Assembly: GCA_051003195.1 (NCBI GenBank)
Contig: JBPCLP010000008.1
Coordinates: 64,001-128,000, forward strand
Length of the DNA: 64,000 bases
Source of the DNA: Candidatus Sumerlaeaceae bacterium
GTDB lineage: Bacteria > Sumerlaeota > Sumerlaeia > Sumerlaeales > Sumerlaeaceae
Direction of reading: 5' to 3'
Under the pieces are notes generated by a model, which did no database searches, had not been told where the DNA came from, and saw only the letters and a program-made list of their open reading frames with translations. Below are positions 1-8,989 of the stretch, piece by piece (the stretch's first letter is position 1; each line of letters starts with the position of its first letter). Both the position numbers and the translations under genes were made by a program.

Positions 1-1860
1 CTTTTGGATGCGAGTATCGTATTTCACGAGATCGGTTGCAAACCCGACAACGCCCGGCTCGGCAACCACCTGCCGCAGATTATAATTATTTTCGCGGCCT
101 TCGATTAGATCAAGCGGCAGAAAAGTCGCGCGCCCGACACGTGACTCCTTCAGCCAGCGGATGGCCGCTTTGCCCATGTCGGAATTATCCACAACGATGT
201 CCTGCGCCTGACTTCCCAGGGCGACCTCGATTGCGAGCTCGTGCTCACGCTGCGCTTCCAGCAGTGTGGATACCACACCCACCAGTCCGTGCAGCTCACC
301 GCGCTTGCCGGCAGACATGACTTCCTTCACACCGCGGTAATAGCCCTCAAAGTTTGCCTGTAAGTCGGCCAACGCTTCGTGCCGGCTCTGGCACTCATGC
401 GCGGCGCGGCGAGCCTGCTCGAGTTCCATGCTGAGATTGTAGTGCTCAAGGTCGCGCGTTTTGAATTCATCGCGCGCGGCCGCCGCTGCCTCACGAAGAC
501 GTTCCCGCTGGATTTCGGACTGCTCCGCAGCGCCACGCTTGTCGTCGCATTCGACTTTGAGCAATTCGATCTGTTCGCGCAACATTCCGAGCTCGCTGTC
601 GCTCTGTTCGATCTCATGGATCAGCTTTTCTTCCATTACATGAGCGACGCGCACTTCGTTTTCTTTCTCCAGCCGTGCGCGTGTTGCAGTGCTGATTTCC
701 TGTCGAAGGCGCACCATGTCAGAACTTGCGGCGTCGCTGTCGCCCTTAAGCGTCTCGTAATCCGATTTGCGCTGCGCGTGTTCGGCCAGCAGCCGCTCAA
801 GTTCGGCTTCTTTTTCCTGGGTTTCGGCAGCGAACTGTGCCGTTGCTTCCTGCAGCTGTTTTGCGTTTTCATCCAGCTCGCGAATCTGTGAGTCGAGCTG
901 CTCGCGCCGTTCGGCGCTGTTGGCCTGCCGCTGTTCCAAAAGTGCGATGCGTCCCTGGACTTCCTGCAGATCGCGGTTAAGCTCGTAATTCAGTGCCTGT
1001 GTCTCTTCGACCGCCTGTTGCAGTTCGTCAGCCTGTGTGCGATACGATAACTGTTCCTCGTCGATCCGCGAAAGCTCATTGCGGAAATTCTGTACGCGCT
1101 CAAACAGCTCCTGGTAATGCGCTTCGCTGGATGCGCTGCTCTCGCGAAATGCATAGTAACGCCGGACGAGCAGTTCCATCTCAAGTTGCTTAAGTTCCTG
1201 GGAGAGCTGCTTGTATCGCTCGGCTTTGTTGGCCTGCCGCTTGAGGCTGTTGCACTGGCGCCGTACTTCGTTTATCAAATCCGCCAGGCGCAGTAAGTCG
1301 TCATCCGTGCGGTTCAGCTTGTGCAGCGCCTCGTCTTTGCGCGCCTTGTACTTTGAGATGCCTGCGGCTTCGTCAAAAATGGCGCGCCGCTCTAATGGCT
1401 TGGAGTTGATGATCGCGTCGACTTTGCCCTGCTCCAACACCGAATAGCTGTCGGTGCCGATACCGGTATCCATGAGATTGGTCGTTATATCTTTTAGCCG
1501 GCACTGAGTCTTGTTGAGCGAATACTCGCTTTCGCCAGTCCGGAACAGCCGCCTTGCGATTTCGACATCGTCAAAATCAAGCGGGAGGAATCGGCCCTCG
1601 TTGTTTAAGGTAAGGCTGACACGCGACATGCCCATGGCCTTCTGGCCCCCTGAGCCATTGAAGATTACATCTCCCATGCGACTGCCACGCAAACTCTTTG
1701 CACTCTGCTCGCCCAATACCCATCGTATAGCGTCGAAAACATTAGACTTACCACATCCGTTAGGGCCAACAATGACCGTCACACCGGGATGAAAATCGAT
1801 GGTGGTCTTATTGGCAAAGCTCTTAAAGCCGTGGATCTCCATCCGCTTGAAAAACTGCAT
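1..1860 (-). CDS. smc: Chromosome segregation protein SMC, 5' part (runs off the left edge)
   Basis: Hand translation from ATG at 1860: MQFFKRMEIHGFKSFANKTTIDFHPGVTVIVGPNGCGKSNVFDAIRWVLGEQSAKSLRGSRMGDVIFNG, the SMC N-terminal Walker A head, followed by long coiled coil. It is missing from the ORF track because no stop codon lies in the window. Confidence 0.97.
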   Translation of the reverse strand, partial: MQFFKRMEIHGFKSFANKTTIDFHPGVTVIVGPNGCGKSNVFDAIRWVLGEQSAKSLRGSRMGDVIFNGSGGQKAMGMSRVSLTLNNEGRFLPLDFDDVEIARRLFRTGESEYSLNKTQCRLKDITTNLMDTGIGTDSYSVLEQGKVDAIINSKPLERRAIFDEAAGISKYKARKDEALHKLNRTDDDLLRLADLINEVRRQCNSLKRQANKAERYKQLSQELKQLEMELLVRRYYAFRESSASSEAHYQELFERVQNFRNELSRIDEEQLSYRTQADELQQAVEETQALNYELNRDLQEVQGRIALLEQRQANSAERREQLDSQIRELDENAKQLQEATAQFAAETQEKEAELERLLAEHAQRKSDYETLKGDSDAASSDMVRLRQEISTATRARLEKENEVRVAHVMEEKLIHEIEQSDSELGMLREQIELLKVECDDKRGAAEQSEIQRERLREAAAAARDEFKTRDLEHYNLSMELEQARRAAHECQSRHEALADLQANFEGYYRGVKEVMSAGKRGELHGLVGVVSTLLEAQREHELAIEVALGSQAQDIVVDNSDMGKAAIRWLKESRVGRATFLPLDLIEGRENNYNLRQVVAEPGVVGFATDLVKYDTRIQK

Positions 1861-1934
1861 TAATTTTCCTCTTGGGGTATGGTAAGCTGAGAGAAATCAG
1901 CAAAAATGAAGGGGCGCGCCTGCGCGCGGCAGCT

Positions 1935-1943
1935 TGTGGATAA
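1935..1943 (-). promoter_or_regulatory. Consensus DnaA box (TTATCCACA) upstream of smc
   Basis: TGTGGATAA on the + strand, intergenic, 75 bp before the smc start. Confidence 0.5.
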
Positions 1944-2014
1944 CTCCCCTTCAGATGATACAAACGCGTACTGTTGCGATTCGAAATCCAATTGCAACAC
2001 TTTTTATGCGACTG

Positions 2015-2093
2015 AGTACAATATATTGTACTTCACGCAACGCCTGTGGCCATATATGTGTAAGGTATTTGAATTCCGTACTCTATGTTGTAC
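2015..2093. promoter_or_regulatory. Tandem NrdR-box-like palindromes upstream of smc
   Basis: Perfect 18-bp palindrome AGTACAATATATTGTACT (2015-2032), a related GTACTCTATGTTGTAC (2078-2093) and a weak TGGCCATATATGTGTA (2047-2062). The 16-mers start at 2016, 2047 and 2078. Confidence 0.55.
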
Positions 2094-2496
2094 CTTGGGT
2101 CCGCCGCCTTTTCTCGGCTGCCCTATGCAAAAGCTTCGCATTTTTGAGATTGGCTTTTGAGGCAATGTCAAAGATGTCGCCGACCAGTGGAATCAAGCCT
2201 ATGAGCCAGTCGACACCGACGTTCACGCCCATCCGGAACACCAGCGCACGGCCGAATCCGTGACGTTTGGCGACGTACATGGGGTAAACCGACGGCAATA
2301 GCGCCAGTGTGTCGCCGACGACAGGGATAAGGCCGGCAATTGCATCCGCGCCAAAGCGAATCCCAAACAGTGAGAATTGACTGTCCATCAACTGCGCGAG
2401 TGTCTGCACGCGCTTCAAGTCGGCATCCAGGTCCGTTCTTGTGCGCTCGATCGGCACCGCCTCGAGTACTTCTACTTCAGGTTCAAGTTCAGCCAC
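2083..2496 (-). CDS. DUF4112-like small membrane protein
   Basis: LMDSQFSLFGIRFGADAIAGLIPVVGD and GLIPLVGDIFD motifs. Confidence 0.85.
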   Translation of the reverse strand: MAELEPEVEVLEAVPIERTRTDLDADLKRVQTLAQLMDSQFSLFGIRFGADAIAGLIPVVGDTLALLPSVYPMYVAKRHGFGRALVFRMGVNVGVDWLIGLIPLVGDIFDIASKANLKNAKLLHRAAEKRRRTQGTT

Positions 2497-2611
2497 GCAG
2501 CGCCTCCGCTCGTTTACATCTGGCAGCGCATTTGATGCGCCGAGCTGAAGCGCGACAGTGAAGAGTTTGGACTTGCGAGTAAATCACGCACACCAAAGCT
2601 TCGCGTTACTT

Positions 2612-3718
2612 ATGAATTTTGGACGCGATTACGATCGTACCGAGCTTCGTCGGCACTGTGGGTCAACCGGGCAGATCGCCCGGATCACAAGCAGCGAACT
2701 GAACGACGGCCGGGAACAGGGGGTACGCTGCCTCGATTTTCGAACCGGCTCCGGATTCAATTTCACGGTACTGCCCGGCCGTGGAATGGATATCGCCTTT
2801 GCGGAATTCCGGGGCCGAAACCTTGCATGGATGTCTCCGACCTCGATTGTCGCGCCGGAGTACTACGAACCCCAGGGCTGGAACTGGATTCGGGGATTCT
2901 TTGGGGGTCTTCTGACCACTTGCGGATTGGTGAATGTCGGAGTGCCCGACACGCACCGCAACGAGCCTATCGGCGCCCACGGGCGTGTCAGCAACACGCC
3001 GGCGTCTAATGTAAGTTATGATACCTTCTGGGTAGAGAACGAGTTGCACCTGGTTGCCCGTGGAGAGATGCGGGAAGTGCGGCCGCCGCATACCAACCTG
3101 CTGCTGCGGCGCACGGTGCATGCGATTGCTGGAGAGCGCCGGCTGGAGATCCGGGATCGCGTGATCAATGACGGGCCGGAAAAGACGCCGCATCAGATAC
3201 TCTATCACATCAACGCCGGGTTTCCGGTGGTAAGCGCAATTTCGCATTTTGTTGCCGGCACGCGGAACGTTACTCCGCGCGACGATGCCGCCGCCGATGC
3301 TAAAGAACTCTTTCGACTGTGCCAGGGACCGACACTCGGCTATACAGAAAAAGTGTATTACCATCAGCTGGTTTGCGGCACGGACGGGCGTTGTTCCGCC
3401 GCGGTAATAAATCCGGAGCTCGATGGCGGACTGGGATTATACGTGAAATATGATCCTCGCACTCTGCCGACACTCGTTCAGTGGAAAATGATGGGCGAAG
3501 GAATGTATGTACTGGGCCTGGAACCGGCGAATACGTACGGTATCGGCAGCGAACGCCTTCGCGCACTGGGTTTGCTCAAGACGCTGGAACCGGAAGAGCA
3601 GGTTGAGTACACCGTCGAAATCGGCGTGCTCAGCGGCAGCGAAGAAATCGAGGCGTTTGAAAAGGCTGCGCTCCGCGACGCTCCCACCGAGCCGGAGTAC
3701 GCATCCATTCTCGTTTAA
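2612..3718 (+). CDS. Aldose-1-epimerase-fold protein (DUF4432-like)
   Basis: GRGMDI, FFGGLLTTCGL, HGR, LYHIN, YVLGLEP motifs. ATG at 2612 is preferred over the track start at 2558. Confidence 0.85.
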   Translation: MNFGRDYDRTELRRHCGSTGQIARITSSELNDGREQGVRCLDFRTGSGFNFTVLPGRGMDIAFAEFRGRNLAWMSPTSIVAPEYYEPQGWNWIRGFFGGLLTTCGLVNVGVPDTHRNEPIGAHGRVSNTPASNVSYDTFWVENELHLVARGEMREVRPPHTNLLLRRTVHAIAGERRLEIRDRVINDGPEKTPHQILYHINAGFPVVSAISHFVAGTRNVTPRDDAAADAKELFRLCQGPTLGYTEKVYYHQLVCGTDGRCSAAVINPELDGGLGLYVKYDPRTLPTLVQWKMMGEGMYVLGLEPANTYGIGSERLRALGLLKTLEPEEQVEYTVEIGVLSGSEEIEAFEKAALRDAPTEPEYASILV

Positions 3719-3788
3719 GGGCTGACCCAGATATGCCGAATCGACGGGACGTTTGCCTTTTGGTCTGGTACGAAACTACGGATTCACC

Positions 3789-4358
3789 CTAGGGTTTCCG
3801 CGTGATCTCCTTGAGCAGACGCTGCATGAATTCTTTTTCGCCCGCGGCAAGATTGACCAGCCGACCGCCTGCGTCGATGAAGCCAATCGCAATTCTCACC
3901 ATAATTCCCAGCAGAACGAACATCAACAGCAGTGCTGCGGGACGGGCTCCAAGCGATCCCATCCGTTTCGCGAAGTCTGCCGCGACTTCGATTTCGCGCG
4001 GACTGCGGCTATCCTGCCCCGGTGTGAGGATTTCCGATTCGGAATCCTGCCGGCTATCTGCGGATGTCGCCGCGCTACGTTTTAACTTTTCGGCTTCACC
4101 GCGCTCAATTGGGCGTACGGGTATGTCGTTTGCCCTGCCACGGATCACGAATTCCCAGCGGTTCACCTGCTCGACAAGCGGCCGCGGATCGAGCAGAACG
4201 CGCGCGATCTGGTAGAACATATACCCCGACATCAGCACGCCGACACCGATAAGAATGAGTCCAATCGAGGCAGCTGTCATACGAAAGCTGGTGCCTGGAT
4301 CGGGTTCGGGTGCCCGGTGCAGAATCACTTCTTCATGTGGCGAACTGTTCAGCGGCAT
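3789..4358 (-). CDS. Hypothetical two-TM membrane protein
   Basis: 189-aa ORF with two hydrophobic segments, co-oriented with the ABC operon. Confidence 0.7.
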   Translation of the reverse strand: MPLNSSPHEEVILHRAPEPDPGTSFRMTAASIGLILIGVGVLMSGYMFYQIARVLLDPRPLVEQVNRWEFVIRGRANDIPVRPIERGEAEKLKRSAATSADSRQDSESEILTPGQDSRSPREIEVAADFAKRMGSLGARPAALLLMFVLLGIMVRIAIGFIDAGGRLVNLAAGEKEFMQRLLKEITRKP

Positions 4359-4408
4359 GAACCTGCATACAAAGTCGGATGTGAATCGTGCATTTTAACA
4401 GCGCATAC

Positions 4409-5683
4409 TCAGGTGTGCCGCAGGGCTTCGATAGGATCCAGCCGCGAAGCTTTTATGGCGGGAAGCATACCGAAGATCAGCCCGGTACCTGCTGCGAATC
4501 CAAAAGCGAGGAAGACCGCCCAGCCCGGGACGGTTGCTTTATCGAGGCGCGCACCAGGAATCGATGCGACCAACGCGGCAAGTGCCTGCCCACCGAGCAC
4601 ACCGATGAACCCTCCCAAAAGACAGAGGGTGATCGCCTCCACCAGGAACTGAAGGAGAATGGCCGATGAGCGCGCTCCTACTGCCTTGCGCAGGCCTATC
4701 TCTCGTGTGCGTTCCGAGACGGACACCAGCATGATGTTCATGATGCCAACGCCGCCGACGATGAGCGAAATACCTACGATGCCGACTGCAACCAGTGTAA
4801 TCGTCACGGCTGTCTGGTTAAACTGCTCCAGGAATTTCTGGATCGCTTCCAGGCGGAACGGCTCAGGCTCGCCGGGTTTAATGCGCCTTTCGTTGCGCAG
4901 GTAAAAGCGTATCTCCGCGCGCGCTTCCTCAGAGAGCTCGGGCGACCGCGATGCAGCCACCACGGACATGTTCCAGCTATTTTGGCGCCAGGCCGTGTTG
5001 AAGGGAATAAAAATTTCGAGACCCGCCTGGTCTCCTCCGAAAAGCGACATCTGCTGGGGCGGTTCAACCACGCCGACGACCGTGTATCGCCGATCACCGA
5101 TGAGAATGGATTCGCCAACGCAATCCTGCGGCAACGCGAGTTTCTGCTGTGCCTGCGGGTTGATCAGGCACACCGCCCGACCCTGTGTGTTGTCAATAAC
5201 ACTGAAAGGGCGTCCAAGCTTTACCGATCGATTCTCTATCGAATGCCAGGCTGGTTCGATCCCCTGTATGCCAACTGACTCCTCAGACTTATCCAGATGC
5301 CGGACTCTCTGGTTGTTCCACGTCGTTCGCGAGAACGCCCGCACGGAGGGACAGTGACTCAACATGTTGTCGAAATTGCGCGGCTTGAACTGGAGCTGAC
5401 GCCAGCTCGCATTTTTATAAGGCCCTGTCTCCGGGCGGTCGGGCCAGATAAAGATTTTGTTCGTGCCGACCGTCTCAAAATCCGCGAGCACTTTTTGCTT
5501 CAACCCGGTCAGCGCTGCAATCACACCGGTAACGGAGGCAACGCCGATGATGATCCCGAGCATGGTGAGTATGCTGCGTAGTTTGTTCGTCCAGATTTGC
5601 CCCAGGGCCAGCGCCACGCTCTGGTAAAGCAGCACAACCACGGCGAGCGGACCTCGCGTAAGCCAGTCCAGCACGTGCGTCAT
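4409..5683 (-). CDS. MacB/FtsX-family ABC transporter permease
   Basis: [58 protein letters not shown]. Confidence 0.95.
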   Translation of the reverse strand: MTHVLDWLTRGPLAVVVLLYQSVALALGQIWTNKLRSILTMLGIIIGVASVTGVIAALTGLKQKVLADFETVGTNKIFIWPDRPETGPYKNASWRQLQFKPRNFDNMLSHCPSVRAFSRTTWNNQRVRHLDKSEESVGIQGIEPAWHSIENRSVKLGRPFSVIDNTQGRAVCLINPQAQQKLALPQDCVGESILIGDRRYTVVGVVEPPQQMSLFGGDQAGLEIFIPFNTAWRQNSWNMSVVAASRSPELSEEARAEIRFYLRNERRIKPGEPEPFRLEAIQKFLEQFNQTAVTITLVAVGIVGISLIVGGVGIMNIMLVSVSERTREIGLRKAVGARSSAILLQFLVEAITLCLLGGFIGVLGGQALAALVASIPGARLDKATVPGWAVFLAFGFAAGTGLIFGMLPAIKASRLDPIEALRHT

Positions 5684-6405
5684 TTTGCTTCAGCCACTGG
5701 GCGCAGCGAAGCAGCGTCCTCGGAAACTGGCAGGTCGCTGCAGATCTTGCCATCGCGCATGCGCACGACTCTTCGAGCATGGGCGGCAACTTCCGCTTCG
5801 TGCGTCACCACGATGACCGTCTGTCCCTCTGCATGAAGCGTCGCGAAGAGGGCAAGAATCTCCTCGCTCGTGACCGAATCGAGATTGCCCGTAGGTTCAT
5901 CAGCCAGAAGGATACTGGGGTGTGCAACCAAGGCACGCGCAATTGCGACGCGCTGTTTCTGTCCTCCGGAAAGCTGGTTGGGTTTATGGTGCATGCGCGA
6001 GGCGAGTCCGACCCGCTCCAGGGCGCCGGTTGCCAGGCGCTGCCTGTTCCACCAGTTGCCTTTTGAATAGATAAGTGGCAGCTCGACGTTCTTGAGTGCG
6101 CTAAGGCGCGGCATGAGCTCGAACGATTGAAAGACAAAGCCAATGCGCTCGTTGCGAACGCTTGCCAGCGCAGTGCCGGAGAGGTTCGATACAGGTTGCC
6201 CGTCGAGTTCATAGATACCCGAGGTCGGCCGATCGAGGCACCCCAGGATGTTCATCAACGTGCTTTTGCCTGAGCCCGAAGCACCCATCATCGCGACATA
6301 CTCGTTTGCCTGCACCTCAAGCGATACGCCTGCAAGTGCATGGATTGTTTCAGCTCCTACACGATAGGTTTTTGTAATTTCCTGGAGACGGATAACCGAG
6401 CTCAT
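5680..6405 (-). CDS. MacB/LolD-type ABC ATP-binding protein
   Basis: [32 protein letters not shown]; 4-bp overlaps with both neighbours. Confidence 0.96.
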   Translation of the reverse strand: MSSVIRLQEITKTYRVGAETIHALAGVSLEVQANEYVAMMGASGSGKSTLMNILGCLDRPTSGIYELDGQPVSNLSGTALASVRNERIGFVFQSFELMPRLSALKNVELPLIYSKGNWWNRQRLATGALERVGLASRMHHKPNQLSGGQKQRVAIARALVAHPSILLADEPTGNLDSVTSEEILALFATLHAEGQTVIVVTHEAEVAAHARRVVRMRDGKICSDLPVSEDAASLRPVAEAK

Positions 6406-7808
6406 TTTGCCGCGGACTTCTTCGGATCAGTCGCCTGCTTCGTTCCTGTGGATTCCTTTTCGTCTTTAACCTTCTGGTCATGCTTGAGCGATTCCAGGAT
6501 CTTATAAGGACCAATAATGATCTGGTCGCCTTCGTTGAGGCCGGAGGTAATTATGGTATGCGTCACATCACTTGGGCCGACGGCCACCGGTACCATTTGC
6601 GCTTTTCCCTTTTCAAACCGGCACACCAGCGTCGCCATGGATTTATCTTTTTGGGCTTGCGGCAATACTTTGCGCAACTCCGCAGGCAGATCTTCCACCG
6701 GGCGTCCCTGCACGGCCTGACTCGGTACTTTCAAAACGCCGGTGTGGCGACTCGTTTCAATGTCGACATCGCCGGTCAGTCCGCTTGGTATTCGCTCTCC
6801 ATTGGTTTCGAGAAGAACTTCCGCGATGAAGTTTTTCTCCTTTTCCTTTTCCTTCGAGGCGAGCGCGACCTTGGTCACCTTACCTTTGAAGACACGATTC
6901 GGGAATGCCTGCATATGTACCTCGGCACTTTGGCCGGCACGTACCGATGCAATATCAGCTTCATCGATACGAGCAACCAGCAGCATCTGCGAAAGGTCGG
7001 CAACTTCCAGGATGACCGTGCCCGCATTGTTCATGGTCCCCGTGATGGTCATCTCCCCAACTTTCGCATTAACCCGGGTCACAATTCCGTCGATAGGAGA
7101 GACGATGTTCGCATTGCGAAGATCTTCCTGCGCGCGGGTGATTTCCGCGTCGGCGGCTTCCAGGTTGTGACGGCTGGCAGACAGGCCCGCATCATCTGCT
7201 TCGAGGCTGTGTTCCGCTGCTTCAAACTGGCTGTGCAACTCGTCAACTTTGCGTTTGGCCTGGTCGTAGTTTTGCTGGCTCGTGTTTCGAGAGGCCATCA
7301 GGTTGCGTTCCCGTGCAAAGTCCCTTTCGGCATCTACGACGGTAAACCTTTGACCGGCAAGCTGGCTGCGTGCAGAGGCAATGCGGGCCTGGCCCACCTT
7401 AATCTGGGCCTGCTGAGCAGCGTAACGAGCTTTCGCTGAGCGAACCGCTGCCTCAAGGTCGGTTGCGTCCAGCCGTACGAGAAGGGACGGGCTCGTGTGT
7501 GCGTTTCCTTTCGTGACAGTCGACCCTTCATCGTGGGGCAGTTCGATGAGGCGCGCCGAGACCTTCGCGCTGATGGAGACGTGGTGACGAGGTTCAATAT
7601 CACCCGGTGCCTGAACCACTTCGGCGAGATCACCACGAGCTACCTTGCCAAGGCGGACAGTGATAACATTCTCACCAGCGGCAGGAGTTTTCGATCGTAA
7701 TAGACGCCAGCCCCACCACCCGCCGCCGGCAAGCAGCACGAGGCAAATAAGAACCCATAACACCGTTTTATGGCGGGACACGCGACTCAGAACCTGGGAT
7801 ACTGCCAT
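6402..7808 (-). CDS. Efflux periplasmic adaptor (MacA/HlyD family)
   Basis: N-terminal TM, lipoyl halves ([22 protein letters not shown]) around a coiled-coil hairpin, and IDEADI. Confidence 0.92.
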   Translation of the reverse strand: MAVSQVLSRVSRHKTVLWVLICLVLLAGGGWWGWRLLRSKTPAAGENVITVRLGKVARGDLAEVVQAPGDIEPRHHVSISAKVSARLIELPHDEGSTVTKGNAHTSPSLLVRLDATDLEAAVRSAKARYAAQQAQIKVGQARIASARSQLAGQRFTVVDAERDFARERNLMASRNTSQQNYDQAKRKVDELHSQFEAAEHSLEADDAGLSASRHNLEAADAEITRAQEDLRNANIVSPIDGIVTRVNAKVGEMTITGTMNNAGTVILEVADLSQMLLVARIDEADIASVRAGQSAEVHMQAFPNRVFKGKVTKVALASKEKEKEKNFIAEVLLETNGERIPSGLTGDVDIETSRHTGVLKVPSQAVQGRPVEDLPAELRKVLPQAQKDKSMATLVCRFEKGKAQMVPVAVGPSDVTHTIITSGLNEGDQIIIGPYKILESLKHDQKVKDEKESTGTKQATDPKKSAAK

Positions 7809-7844
7809 CCCGCTTTCCGCGATGCAATCCCCCGTTTCAGGCGG

Positions 7845-8738
7845 TTATTCTTCCTCTGCCGCTTCGATGGTAACGAAAAGAGTTCCGTGAGGCGCCTCGA
7901 GGTTTTTGCGCTCGGGCGGCAGTTCGGAAAAGTGGTACGCGACGGACTCCTCATAGCCAAGCGACTGGCCGGGGCGAACCACTGGTCCATTCTCAAACAT
8001 GTAATAAAAGATCGTTTTGAAATGCTCGTCGATATCTTCAATTTCATTGAGGTCCTCTGCCCGGTAAGCGAGTTCCGGCAAACCGTAAATGGTGTGACCG
8101 GCCGAGAGAAACCAAATCTCTCCATCTACTTCCGCCGGCAGAAATCCCACCAGTAGTTCGCCTGGCATTCCTTCATCGCGCAAACTGTCCCAAAGGGATG
8201 TCAGGGTGCCATCATCAGCCTCGGGGGGCTCACCCGCGCTTTCCGTTGGGCGAATTGCATCCTCGATGGCCTGGTCCGCGTATGCTTCCATGACTTCGGC
8301 GGGAAAGCAGGTATAGTTATTTTCATTCACGACCGCCAGCCCCCCCTGCGCAATAAGTCCCATGCTCGTCTTCAGCAGCAGGATAGCGCTCTCAATTGCA
8401 TGGTACTCGTCGCTTCCAAGGCAGGTGAGCGAAGCGTATACACGATGTTGCCGCAGCGTATCGCGGTAGTCCTCGGGTAGGGCGGCAATTTCTACGGTGC
8501 TGCGGAACGTCTCCTCCGGCAAAGCGTGGCCATGCACCTGCACCGCAACGTTCAATTTGCCGCAAGTCACAACGCCAGAGGAGACACTGCTGCCATGTTC
8601 GGTCGCGCGCATATTAAATTCCGACACTTCGGGAGCAGTACCTTCCGGCTCAAGGGCAACCAGGTACTCGCGCAGCGCTTCCGCATCCATACGGGGAAAC
8701 TCATTAAACAGAACAAAGCATTGGAAGGCTTCTATCAT
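7845..8738 (-). CDS. Acidic protein with C-terminal DUF4261-like domain
   Basis: C-terminal GHTIYGLPEL...YYMFENGPVVRPGQSLG. Confidence 0.65.
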   Translation of the reverse strand: MIEAFQCFVLFNEFPRMDAEALREYLVALEPEGTAPEVSEFNMRATEHGSSVSSGVVTCGKLNVAVQVHGHALPEETFRSTVEIAALPEDYRDTLRQHRVYASLTCLGSDEYHAIESAILLLKTSMGLIAQGGLAVVNENNYTCFPAEVMEAYADQAIEDAIRPTESAGEPPEADDGTLTSLWDSLRDEGMPGELLVGFLPAEVDGEIWFLSAGHTIYGLPELAYRAEDLNEIEDIDEHFKTIFYYMFENGPVVRPGQSLGYEESVAYHFSELPPERKNLEAPHGTLFVTIEAAEEE

Positions 8739-8989
8739 GATTCTCTTCTTCTGAGTTGCGGTCGATGCAACAGGTTCTCCCGCCTGATCCGGAAATCATC
8801 CTGCGACTGCAAGCGAAAGTAGCTTTTCAACTTGGGTATTCACGGCCCGTGTCGGTCGAATTAACCCATTGCATTAACTAAATCTCTGACGGAAGGTAGA
8901 GCTCTTATTGCACCACAGCAGGTTCACGCCAGCCTGCCATCAGTCAGATCGATTCGCTCGTAGCAACGCACGACCCTGGGAGTACGATT

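Noticed and set aside
1861..2082. Replication origin (oriC)
   Set aside because: Only one intergenic DnaA box, no box cluster and no adjacent dnaA. The other match at 185-193 is inside smc coding sequence.
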